The notes beneath the pieces are model-generated. The model had not been told where the DNA came from. It made no database searches and saw only the letters and a list, made by a program, of their open reading frames with translations. 64,000 bases of DNA from Candidatus Aenigmatarchaeota archaeon (GTDB taxonomy: Archaea; Aenigmatarchaeota; Aenigmatarchaeia; CG10238-14; SCSR01): assembly GCA_039090665.1 (NCBI GenBank), contig JAWCSL010000002.1:36809-100808 (forward strand). Direction: 5' to 3'. The position numbers and the translations under genes are program-made. This document shows, piece after piece, positions 20,230-29,145 of the stretch; within the stretch, counting starts at the first letter, position 1, and each line of letters opens with the position of its first letter.

Positions 20230-20963
20230 AATTAAAATATAAAATTTCACTCATAGCCTTGATGTTAATAATATTGAGTTCCCTAATCTTGGGTCCAAAA
20301 GAGTTTAAACAAGCTTTTTTTCAATATTTTGAGAGAGACAAGGGAGAAGAAAGCACTTCAACTCAAAATTTAACTCAAAGTCAAACTGGCCAAACGAGCG
20401 AGACTAATTACTCCACAAGTCCACCCCAAGAAGGTGAAGGAGGTGCTGGGGAAACAAGCAAAGAAGAAGAACAAGCAGCAAAAGCAATAACCCTTGAAAT
20501 CACAGACATTTGTTCAGGAAAGCTTGATCTATTCACTATTTCAGAAGGTGCTACCAAATGCTTGAACAAAAAATATCCATATCAAATAATCCTTGAAAAA
20601 AATTCAACTCATTTGACAACAAGTTTTTATGGTTTAAGCGGGTTTGAAGAAAGCTATGAGCTGAACGAAACTATTCTAATCTTCTTCATCTTTGCTGAGG
20701 ATGTAGCGAGCGTGAGCCATGAGATTCAATCTTTCAGTTTGGAAGGGGGTCAAGACTTCAGTTTGGGTCAATATTATCTCCACACAATCTGGGAAAGAGA
20801 TGCTGTTGGAAATTTAGTGATCTCAAAGATGATAGCAATTTTGCCTTTGCAAGTAAACGGCAATATTATGAGCAGTGATTGGAAAGAGCTTAAATTCTAT
20901 CTAAATATACCTAACAAAACTTATTATTTGGGCAACCTTTGGGTCTTAGTGAAAGAAAAATAA
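20226..20963 (+). CDS. Membrane-anchored hypothetical protein
   Basis: N-terminal TM helix and Ser/Thr/Glu-rich linker; last gene of the pilin operon. Confidence 0.6.
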   Translation: MKLKYKISLIALMLIILSSLILGPKEFKQAFFQYFERDKGEESTSTQNLTQSQTGQTSETNYSTSPPQEGEGGAGETSKEEEQAAKAITLEITDICSGKLDLFTISEGATKCLNKKYPYQIILEKNSTHLTTSFYGLSGFEESYELNETILIFFIFAEDVASVSHEIQSFSLEGGQDFSLGQYYLHTIWERDAVGNLVISKMIAILPLQVNGNIMSSDWKELKFYLNIPNKTYYLGNLWVLVKEK

Positions 20964-20973
20964 AAGAAAAAAG

Positions 20974-21384
20974 CTAAGACGCTCCATGTAAAGTTGCATT
21001 AACACTGCTCTCTATACCGCTAGCAACATCTATGAAGGTTATTTTCACTTCTACATCTCCAGCAAAGCAACCACTGCAAGGTATGGAAAGTCTTGATTGT
21101 GGTTTTCCATTTATGGGTATTTCAAAGATGTTTGAACCTTTTGAAGTATCAACTCGTGTAACATTTATTTCTCTTGGTCCTACAATCACCGAAAGGGTAT
21201 TAGCACCATGATAGTCATAGGTAATTGCTGCGCCAGGCGGGAAACATGGACTACAAGGTCCACCAACACCACCGCCAGGCAATTTGAAAATACCCATTGC
21301 ATATAAAGCTGCAACCACTGCAATTACTATCAAGATTGCCCATCCATATGTCATCAAAAACTCAAGGGCTGCTTGTGCTTTCAT
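20974..21384 (-). CDS. Probable major type IV pilin
   Basis: MKAQAALEFLMTYGWAILIVIAVVAALY, a canonical archaeal pilin N-terminus; downstream of the TadC-like genes. Confidence 0.88.
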   Translation of the reverse strand: MKAQAALEFLMTYGWAILIVIAVVAALYAMGIFKLPGGGVGGPCSPCFPPGAAITYDYHGANTLSVIVGPREINVTRVDTSKGSNIFEIPINGKPQSRLSIPCSGCFAGDVEVKITFIDVASGIESSVNATLHGAS

Positions 21385-21415
21385 AAATTATATTTAATTT
21401 TTCCGCCTTTTAAAG

Positions 21416-22411
21416 CTATAGAGTTGCTGCTGGGACAAGGAAGCCTATGAGGCTTGAGAGAACAAGTCTTGCTATGAAATAGATTGTTAGGTTGATTGTC
21501 AAGAGTAAGGGAATGTATTTCAAACCAGCTTTTTCCTTCCCCTCTTGCAACAAACCTATGAGCAAGCTGCCAAAAATCGATGAAAAAATTAAAGTTAACA
21601 AACAATAAGCTCTGATGAAATCTGAAGAAACTTTAACTACACCAAGCTTCAAGCTTCCTATGGTGGTGTAGCTTGCAGCTTCCTCTATTCTCAGCTTGCT
21701 TCCTATTGTGCTCATGGTCTCAACCAAATAGGAAGAAAATGCAAATAGGACAGGAGAAGCAAAACCCACGGCTATGAAGATGAAAATGGCATACATTCCA
21801 ACTTGTGCTGCTATCTCTTTTTTCAAGAGCTTAAGCTCTCTTATGTCTTCAGCCGTTTGCTCGAGTAAGCTTGCTATTTCTCCCCCCTTTCTCATACCTT
21901 CAACTATCAAGTTGAAAGTCCTGTTTATTATTTTAGACTTAATTTTCTTTCCCAAAGAAAGCAAAGCATCTTCCAAAGCTTCACCAGCTATTGCTTTTGT
22001 GGCAGCCATCTTAATCTCTTTTTCCAAAACGCCAAACTCTGGTCTGGCAGAATAAAGTAAGGCCTTGTCTGGGGTTAAACCAGAGCGAATGTTTGCCGCC
22101 ATTAGTTGCAGAGCATCGGGAAGAACAGATTCTGCAAAGCTTCCCCTCTTATCACCTATCAATATTATAATGAGATCAATTATCAATTGAATTCCAATGA
22201 AAGTTAAAGGAATCAACAGCAACACAAACCATCCAAAAACAAAGATAAAAGGAAGCAACAAGAATGAAAATGCAAGAGAGTAAAGAAAAGATAAGGACAA
22301 GAACTTTTCTATTTTCATCTCAATTCCAGCATACTCTAAATTCTGCTCTAACCATTTCACATACTTCTTGGGATAAATCCACCTTATTCTTCTATAAGCT
22401 CTTTCTATCAT
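21416..22411 (-). CDS. Type IV pilus platform protein (TadC/T2SS-F family)
   Basis: LPDALQLMAANIRSGLT and GGEIASLLEQTAEDIR segments with multiple TM helices. Confidence 0.9.
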   Translation of the reverse strand: MIERAYRRIRWIYPKKYVKWLEQNLEYAGIEMKIEKFLSLSFLYSLAFSFLLLPFIFVFGWFVLLLIPLTFIGIQLIIDLIIILIGDKRGSFAESVLPDALQLMAANIRSGLTPDKALLYSARPEFGVLEKEIKMAATKAIAGEALEDALLSLGKKIKSKIINRTFNLIVEGMRKGGEIASLLEQTAEDIRELKLLKKEIAAQVGMYAIFIFIAVGFASPVLFAFSSYLVETMSTIGSKLRIEEAASYTTIGSLKLGVVKVSSDFIRAYCLLTLIFSSIFGSLLIGLLQEGKEKAGLKYIPLLLTINLTIYFIARLVLSSLIGFLVPAATL

Positions 22412-23286
22412 ACTTCCACACTTGGTCTTCTACTTTTAACCATTCCTATGAGCATAACTTGAAAAACAGCAACAACAAACAAAATCAAAAAGAATATCGT
22501 CTCTGGAACTTGTATGCCAGCAAAAGTAGAGAAAATTATGAGAAAAGTTATTCCAAGAGTAGGTAAAATTACTGTCAGCATCAAGTACATTAGAGCTAGT
22601 GGGCTGAGTTGAGAGCCATACTTCCTTATCTTCACTTTCTGCTCTTCTGAAAGATTTTGGGCTATGATGTTGAGTGTATTTCCCAAATCACTTCCTGCTC
22701 TTAAGCTGTTGACTATTTGCCAAATAACCCTCTTGAAACCGACATTCGGAACTCTAAAAGCAAGTTCTTCTAAAGCTTGGGTTTCTTCCTTTCCTGTTGC
22801 TATTTCTTTAACACATTTTTCAAATTCTTCCGAAACAGAGCCATAATTTCCTTTCGAAACAGAAACCAAAGAATCAAAAATTGAAACTCCTGACTTGATT
22901 TGAATGAACAAATGCCTTATAGCAAACAAAAGATTTTTTTCTATGTCTCTGTCTTTTCTTGAAAGCAAGAGGCTTGGATAAAAGCTGATGTAATTGAAGA
23001 CAACCACAGATATCAAAAGAGAGAAGACGAGCGAAAGTAAGAGTAGATTTTTCCCAGCTACCAATCCGAGAATTAGGAAGATTGAAAAAACCAAGAAAAA
23101 CCAAAAGACAGAAGAAAAAATGGCTATTGCCAAATACTCTCTGTCTTTCAAGTTTATTTCAGCTTGAATCAACTTCTGGGCAAGGAAAGGATTCAGTTTG
23201 ACAAGTCTGCTCGATAGAAATAAAAACGGTCTTGAAAGTTTCAAAACCTTTTGAACTGGAAACGGAACAAATGGTATTCTTTTCAT
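22408..23286 (-). CDS. Type IV pilus platform protein (TadB/TadC family)
   Basis: IQIKSGVSIFDSL and QIVNSLRAGSDLG segments with TM helices. Confidence 0.88.
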   Translation of the reverse strand: MKRIPFVPFPVQKVLKLSRPFLFLSSRLVKLNPFLAQKLIQAEINLKDREYLAIAIFSSVFWFFLVFSIFLILGLVAGKNLLLLSLVFSLLISVVVFNYISFYPSLLLSRKDRDIEKNLLFAIRHLFIQIKSGVSIFDSLVSVSKGNYGSVSEEFEKCVKEIATGKEETQALEELAFRVPNVGFKRVIWQIVNSLRAGSDLGNTLNIIAQNLSEEQKVKIRKYGSQLSPLALMYLMLTVILPTLGITFLIIFSTFAGIQVPETIFFLILFVVAVFQVMLIGMVKSRRPSVEV

Positions 23287-24794
23287 TCAAACCAACTTTT
23301 TATCACTTTCTCCACACTTTCTTTATTTTCAACAGCTTTAACCAATTTCTCAGGTGAAGAATAATAAATTGCTATGAGCCTTCCAAGCTTGTTCAAATCT
23401 TTAACTTGATTTTCAACAAACCATTTCAATATCCTTACTTTTTCCTCCACATTTTTTTTGATTTCTTGTTCAGTCATACCTGTGTGCATGCCGATCTCTT
23501 CCACAATTCTCAAACTATCATTCTCTCTTTCAATTTCATCTTTCACAGGCTTCCATCTGTAGAGAGTGTTCAATTGCGGGCCCTGTTTTTCGTTTCCTGG
23601 CAAAATTTCACTCAGTTGAAACATCCTTCTTATTCCTAACCTTCTATCCCTGAAAGCAACTGCAATTAAGTGCAAAGCCTCTATCACACTTTCCGGCACA
23701 TTTATTGGTGGGTTTATTAATCTTTTCAAGGCTTGCTCTGCTGTATCAGCATGCAAAGTAGCATAAACTGAATGGCCTGTGTGCATGGCTTCAAAAAGGA
23801 CTTCTGCTTCTCTAGCTCTTCTTATTTCACCAACTATTATCCTATCAGGCCTCATTCTCAAACTGTTTACAAGCAGGCTGAGCATGCTGACTTCTCCCAA
23901 ACCTTCGGGATTTGGTTCTCTTGTTGTCAAAGGTACCCAATGTAAAAAATCAGCCAATTGTAACTCGCGCGTGTCTTCAATAGAAACTACCCTTTGATTT
24001 GGTGGGATAAAACTCATGAAAACATTCAGCAAAGAAGTTTTTCCGCTTGCTGTACCACCAGCTACAATCATATTCATCTCATACTGGATAGCAAGCCAAA
24101 TTAAAGCAGCCACTTCATAATTCAAAGTTTTGTTCTCTATGAAATCCACTATTGTCCATGGTGATCTTCTGAATTTTCTTATTGTTATTGTATTTCCATG
24201 AGTTGAAATAGGGAACAAAGTTGCATTGACTCTATCTCCAGTCGGTAAGTGAGCATCCATGAGCGGGTTGAGAAGCGTGATTTGTCTTCCAACTTTTCTC
24301 CCTATATTATTAGCATAATTCAATATCTCGCTTTCTTGCTCGATTCTTATATTAGTTTTAAGCCAACCATACTTCTTATGATAAACCCACACGGGCTCTT
24401 TAGAGCTGTTAATTACAACTTCTTCCAAGTTTGGGTCTGCAAGCAAGAACTCAATCTTTCCCAAACCAAACATTTCTTGTATAAGAGATCCAATCAAATA
24501 CTTTTGAGTGCCCTCATCAACAAAAGGCATCTCTTTCTTGAAAATTTCCATTCCTTTTTCAAAAAATTTTCTCTTCAAGTTTTCTATTGAAGTTACATCC
24601 ATGAGTTCAGCTGGCTTGATTGGAATTTCGGTCAAGAGCATTGTCCTGATTTTTTCCAGAAGGACAGAAGTGCCTGCAGCTATTTCTGGAAGCTTAAGCT
24701 CATAGATGAGAACGAAATCAGAAGTTTTTTTTATTGTGACAGAAGCTTCTATTCCTTCCGAGCTAACTTTGTAGCTCTCAAACTTTTCACTCAT
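23283..24794 (-). CDS. Type IV pilus assembly ATPase (VirB11/CpaF/FlaI family)
   Basis: Walker A GGTASGKT, IEDTREL, LRMRPDRIIVGEIR and TGH...TLHA motifs. Confidence 0.95.
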   Translation of the reverse strand: MSEKFESYKVSSEGIEASVTIKKTSDFVLIYELKLPEIAAGTSVLLEKIRTMLLTEIPIKPAELMDVTSIENLKRKFFEKGMEIFKKEMPFVDEGTQKYLIGSLIQEMFGLGKIEFLLADPNLEEVVINSSKEPVWVYHKKYGWLKTNIRIEQESEILNYANNIGRKVGRQITLLNPLMDAHLPTGDRVNATLFPISTHGNTITIRKFRRSPWTIVDFIENKTLNYEVAALIWLAIQYEMNMIVAGGTASGKTSLLNVFMSFIPPNQRVVSIEDTRELQLADFLHWVPLTTREPNPEGLGEVSMLSLLVNSLRMRPDRIIVGEIRRAREAEVLFEAMHTGHSVYATLHADTAEQALKRLINPPINVPESVIEALHLIAVAFRDRRLGIRRMFQLSEILPGNEKQGPQLNTLYRWKPVKDEIERENDSLRIVEEIGMHTGMTEQEIKKNVEEKVRILKWFVENQVKDLNKLGRLIAIYYSSPEKLVKAVENKESVEKVIKSWFE

Positions 24795-24822
24795 AAAATA
24801 AATTTTCTCTTTCGTATAAATA

Positions 24823-25566
24823 TCATTCTTGTTTTTTCATTTTCACAACAGGGCTTCCAATAGCAGGATAGTTTATCTCGACTATATCATGCTCTTCAAG
24901 AATTTTTGCCCAATTTTCAACCAAATTCTCTGGAGTGCTTAGTAGCTTGGAAAGTTTCTGGAGCTCGATTGGTCCTTCTTCCAGGATTTTTAACATTTCA
25001 TCAATTTTTGTTGAGATAGTTTCCTTTATCTCTTGTTTTGGAGCCCATTTCAGCAAATCAGTTCTTGTTATTATTCCAACAAGTCTGCCTTTTTTATCAA
25101 GAACAAGAAGCCTTTTGATGTTGTATTTTTCCATTTTCTTCTTTGCTTCTTCCACGCTTTTATCTTCACGAATGCAAATTGGTTTTTTCATAACATCAGC
25201 AACTATTATTTTTTTGAGAACTTCTCTATCTTTATCTTCTATCTCTTCCAAGCTTCCTTTATTGATAATTTTCAAAATGTCAGTTTTGCTAATCTCACCT
25301 ATAAAAAACCCTTTATCGAGGACAGGAGCACCTGAAATTTTCTTTTCTTTGAAAATTTCGAGAACTTCACACAAACTCATGTAAGGGCTAACAGAAATTA
25401 TGTTTTTTGTCATGAGTTCTGAGACTATTATTTTTTTCTTCCCGGGTTTTAACTTTCTTTTGATTTTCACAATTCTTCTAATTTTTTTAACTTTCTTTTT
25501 ACCTGCTTTTATTTTCTTCTTTTTCATTTTTTTCTTGAAAATTTTTAGGAACAAGTCAAGCACCAT
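24823..25566 (-). CDS. CBS-pair protein with Lys-rich N-terminus and C-terminal winged-helix-like domain
   Basis: Two CBS repeats (VSELMTKN...ISGAPV; VADVMKK...LVGIITRTD) and a C-terminal TKIDEMLKIL...VENWAKILEE...INYP domain. Confidence 0.8.
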   Translation of the reverse strand: MVLDLFLKIFKKKMKKKKIKAGKKKVKKIRRIVKIKRKLKPGKKKIIVSELMTKNIISVSPYMSLCEVLEIFKEKKISGAPVLDKGFFIGEISKTDILKIINKGSLEEIEDKDREVLKKIIVADVMKKPICIREDKSVEEAKKKMEKYNIKRLLVLDKKGRLVGIITRTDLLKWAPKQEIKETISTKIDEMLKILEEGPIELQKLSKLLSTPENLVENWAKILEEHDIVEINYPAIGSPVVKMKKQE

Positions 25567-25601
25567 AATTATTATCTAAAAAATCAAACATAAATTTTCA
25601 T

Positions 25602-27107
25602 TTACTTGAAAGTTTCCAGATCTTCAAACTTCCTTTTTTCATTTTCCATAAAACTGACAATTTCTTCTTCCAGTTTTTTACCTTTTTCTGATTTTTTGCT
25701 TTTTCTTTCCCTAACTTTAACTAGCAGAGGATAGTTTACGGCTTCACCAACAATTAAAGCTTCCCCAACTTTCAATCCTGGTAACATGTCCAAAACATCT
25801 TTTGTCACACCTTCGGAACTTTCTCCTATGTGTTTAATATCGTAAGGGTTGTTTATTCTCATGATTATATGAGTGTTGCATTGACTCAAGGCTGTAGTAG
25901 CAAGTCTTATAGGCCTTTGAGTTATTAAAACTAGACAAGCCCCAAATTTCCTTCCTTCTCTTGCTATTTGTTCTATCACATTTCTTGAAATTGCAGAAGC
26001 AGCTTCCTCTCCTTCCGGGCAGAATTGATGGCTTTCTTCAACAAAAAGAATAAAAGGTGGAATTTTTCTTTGTCTCCTTAAATCAAAAAGCTTTCTCGCA
26101 AAATAGGTTAAGATGATTTGTCTTTCTTTCAGATGAACAAAATCAGAGAGATCAAAAACTGTAAGTTGACCAAGTTTTGCAACTTCTTCCAAGGAAGGTG
26201 AATCTATTTTACTGAACAATCCGGTTGAAGCCAACTCATAAAGCCAAGAGCTCAGAGCAGCTTTTGTTTTCGGGTTTATTTCACTTTTTTCTACAGCTTC
26301 AATTAGCTCGTCAAGATCATAAACTTTCTTTTCTTCTTGTAATTTTTTGATTATTGGTGAAAGCTCTCTTCTTTGGACCAATGACATTTGTGGTATGAGC
26401 TCATTCATTAAACTTGGTGAAATTTTGTTAGCAGCTATAGAGATTTTATCTTTTCCGTAAACTTTTGTTTTAGTTATATAGTTTTCATCTTCAGCAAACC
26501 CAATGTACTCACCGTGAGGATCGAAAACTATTATTGCAGGTTTTGCCTCATCTTTTCTATCTAGAATTTCTTCTATTAAAACAGAAGCCAAATAACTCTT
26601 ACCAGCACCACTTATGGCCAAGATTGCTAAATGTTTTTGAAAAACTCTTGTTAAATTCAATTTTACTTCAATTTCGTGTGCTTCCATTTTTCCAATATAC
26701 AAGCCATTTTCATCTAATCCCAAAAATTCGGAAAGCAGTTTTTCATCAGCTTTGTAAACTTTTTCTCCAGGTGAAGGAGGAAAAGAAACTCTAAGTTGTT
26801 TACCATTTTCAAAAACCCCCAAAGGTATGGCTGAAGCTACAAGAAATTCCCATCTATCAGCTGGAAAAATTTCTTTGAGTCCTTTTCCACTTCTTTCATA
26901 TTCTTTTACAGATTCTGCTCTCATGAAGTATCTGTTCATCCTGAAAATTTCAGCAACTCTTGCTATCAGTAAACCTTGTTCTGTTTTTAGCTGGACATAC
27001 TCATTCTTCTTCACAGGAATTTTTTCTTCACTTTCATTTATTACAAAAGAAAATTCACTGCTGTTCGGATCTTGCATGGTTGAGATTACAGTTCCAATTT
27101 CTTTCAT
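25602..27107 (-). CDS. herA: HerA helicase/translocase
   Basis: N-terminal HAS-barrel-like region, HLAILAISGAGKS, EESHQF, AREGRKFG, TQRP and SQCNT motifs. Confidence 0.9.
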   Translation of the reverse strand: MKEIGTVISTMQDPNSSEFSFVINESEEKIPVKKNEYVQLKTEQGLLIARVAEIFRMNRYFMRAESVKEYERSGKGLKEIFPADRWEFLVASAIPLGVFENGKQLRVSFPPSPGEKVYKADEKLLSEFLGLDENGLYIGKMEAHEIEVKLNLTRVFQKHLAILAISGAGKSYLASVLIEEILDRKDEAKPAIIVFDPHGEYIGFAEDENYITKTKVYGKDKISIAANKISPSLMNELIPQMSLVQRRELSPIIKKLQEEKKVYDLDELIEAVEKSEINPKTKAALSSWLYELASTGLFSKIDSPSLEEVAKLGQLTVFDLSDFVHLKERQIILTYFARKLFDLRRQRKIPPFILFVEESHQFCPEGEEAASAISRNVIEQIAREGRKFGACLVLITQRPIRLATTALSQCNTHIIMRINNPYDIKHIGESSEGVTKDVLDMLPGLKVGEALIVGEAVNYPLLVKVRERKSKKSEKGKKLEEEIVSFMENEKRKFEDLETFK

Positions 27108-27462
27108 AGATTTTAAATTGATTGCTTAGAATATAAAAACTTAGAACTCAACAAGTGAATAAATCATTTTTATTCAATGATGGCAATTTTTCATACTATT
27201 TTTAGAGTTTCTTTCCAAAATTAGGCCGTGTTTTTTACAAGTTTCAAAAACATTACCCACTACAAGCTTTCGGATTATAAACTATTTTTGAATTGAGGAA
27301 TTTCAGCAGCTATTTTTTACAAATTTCTTTTAATTGTTTGTCTACTTTCTTTTGCCAGAATGGATTGGATAGGTAACTTGCACTAGCTTCCACTCCTATA
27401 ATCTAAAACAACTTTATCCAATTTTAAAAGCAGTATATTTTTTCTTCCCTATAGATAAAAAT

Positions 27463-28218
27463 ATGGCAACAATAAAGTTTATAACCAATCAACCAGCAGC
27501 TTTCATACAAGAAGAAAAGGCCTTGGTTATTGCAGAGCTTCATTTAGGCTTGGAGCATGATCTCTTCAAGAAAGGAATTACAATTCCACCACAAAGAGAA
27601 AAATTTCAAGAAAGATTGAATGAAATTTCCAAGATCACAAGAGCAAAAACTCTAATAATTTTAGGTGATATAAAACACAAAGTTCCAGGTATGAGTAAAA
27701 TAGAAGAAAAAGAGCTTTCAAAATTTTTGGATTGGTTGAAAGAAAATTTCAAAGTTATTCTTGTAAAAGGAAATCATGATGATGAAATTGAAGAAGTAAT
27801 ACCGAGAGAAATTAAAGTTTATGGAAGCAGAGGGTTTAAACTTGGAAAATATGGTTTCTTTCATGGCCATGCTTGGCCTTCTAAAAAACTTTTGAAGTGT
27901 ACTTACCTTTTTCTAGCTCACTTACATCCATCCATCGAGTTTAAAGACAAGTTTGGTTTTAGAAATTTAGAGCAAGTTTGGATTAAAGGAAAAATTGATT
28001 TGAATAGAGTAAAAGAAAAATACAAGGTAAAAAAATTAGGAAAAATAAATCTCATAGTTATGCCAACCTTCAATCAACTTCTTGGAAGTGTGAACATTCG
28101 CAAGTTAGTGGAAACTGAAGAACCAGGAGTAATAGGTAAATTAATTGATGTAGAAAATTCTAAGATTTACCTTTTGGATGGAACTTTCCTTGGTTACTTG
28201 AAAGATTTGAAAATTTAG
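27463..28218 (+). CDS. Calcineurin-like metallophosphoesterase (COG1407-like)
   Basis: AELHLG, LGDIKH, GNHD, HGH, HLHP and MPTFN motifs. Confidence 0.85.
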   Translation: MATIKFITNQPAAFIQEEKALVIAELHLGLEHDLFKKGITIPPQREKFQERLNEISKITRAKTLIILGDIKHKVPGMSKIEEKELSKFLDWLKENFKVILVKGNHDDEIEEVIPREIKVYGSRGFKLGKYGFFHGHAWPSKKLLKCTYLFLAHLHPSIEFKDKFGFRNLEQVWIKGKIDLNRVKEKYKVKKLGKINLIVMPTFNQLLGSVNIRKLVETEEPGVIGKLIDVENSKIYLLDGTFLGYLKDLKI

Positions 28219-29111
28219 CCTTTCTTCCTAATTTCAGCTTCTACTCTTTCTCTTATTTTTGCTTGAACCGCTTCAGTGATGTTATTGAACTCTTCACCAA
28301 ATCTTTCTCTCCATTCTGTTCTATTTCTGAGTTGCCACTTTGCTCCACAAGCACACAAACCATTTAAACAAATCGCTGTATCATTTCCCAGGATCATTGG
28401 ACAAATCAAGCTCCTGCACTCAGAATCGTCAGTACAATTCATCCTTGTTCTGTTCCATGCTGGTAAACACATACAAATTCCTATTGTCTTGTTTGGTGGG
28501 ATGAAACACCTTAAATTCCTACCAAATTTCAAAGGACACCAAACACCTAACTTTTCACAATCTTCGTCGCTACTGCAACTTCTTTTGCTCAAAGTCTCAT
28601 TTATTCTCTTCAAAACTTCCTCTACTCTTTCTAAACATCTTTCATGTGCTTTTATTGATGCATTAATCGCTCTCTCCAACCCAGGTCTTGCAGTCTCTGG
28701 TGCTTTACTTAATACTCTTTCAAGAACTGCTATATGTTTATAAGTTACATTGCAAACATGCTCAAGCAAGGCAGTCACATTCTTTCCAACACCAAATACT
28801 TTGTTTGTTTCTTCATCAGCCTCTTCCAATTCCTTTTCATATTCGTATCTCAATCTTTCTACATACCGCCACTTACCTTGTGCTAGAGTAGCATTGAGCT
28901 CTGCTAACCTCTGCTCAGCAAGAAATGCATGGAATCTTGCTCTTGCTTCTGAGTCAAAAGTCAACCAGAGTCTTACTTTTTCAAGAAAGGTTTTTAATGG
29001 ATAGAATGGATGGTCTGGTAAGATCCCTGGGTTTGGCAAATCTTTTGCTGTTGCTATAGTAGTTAGTAAAACACTTGAAATTAACAATGAAATCAAAAGT
29101 TTGTTCTTCAA
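28215..29111 (-). CDS. Secreted DUF5667-like helical protein with Cys-rich C-terminal repeats
   Basis: Signal peptide, PGILPDHPFYPLKTFLEKVRL...AEQRLAE, and two C-x-x-D-x-[DE]-C modules. Confidence 0.7.
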   Translation of the reverse strand: MKNKLLISLLISSVLLTTIATAKDLPNPGILPDHPFYPLKTFLEKVRLWLTFDSEARARFHAFLAEQRLAELNATLAQGKWRYVERLRYEYEKELEEADEETNKVFGVGKNVTALLEHVCNVTYKHIAVLERVLSKAPETARPGLERAINASIKAHERCLERVEEVLKRINETLSKRSCSSDEDCEKLGVWCPLKFGRNLRCFIPPNKTIGICMCLPAWNRTRMNCTDDSECRSLICPMILGNDTAICLNGLCACGAKWQLRNRTEWRERFGEEFNNITEAVQAKIRERVEAEIRKKG

Positions 29112-29145
29112 ACTCCCACCCTCTAATAAAATTTATTCTTCAGTT

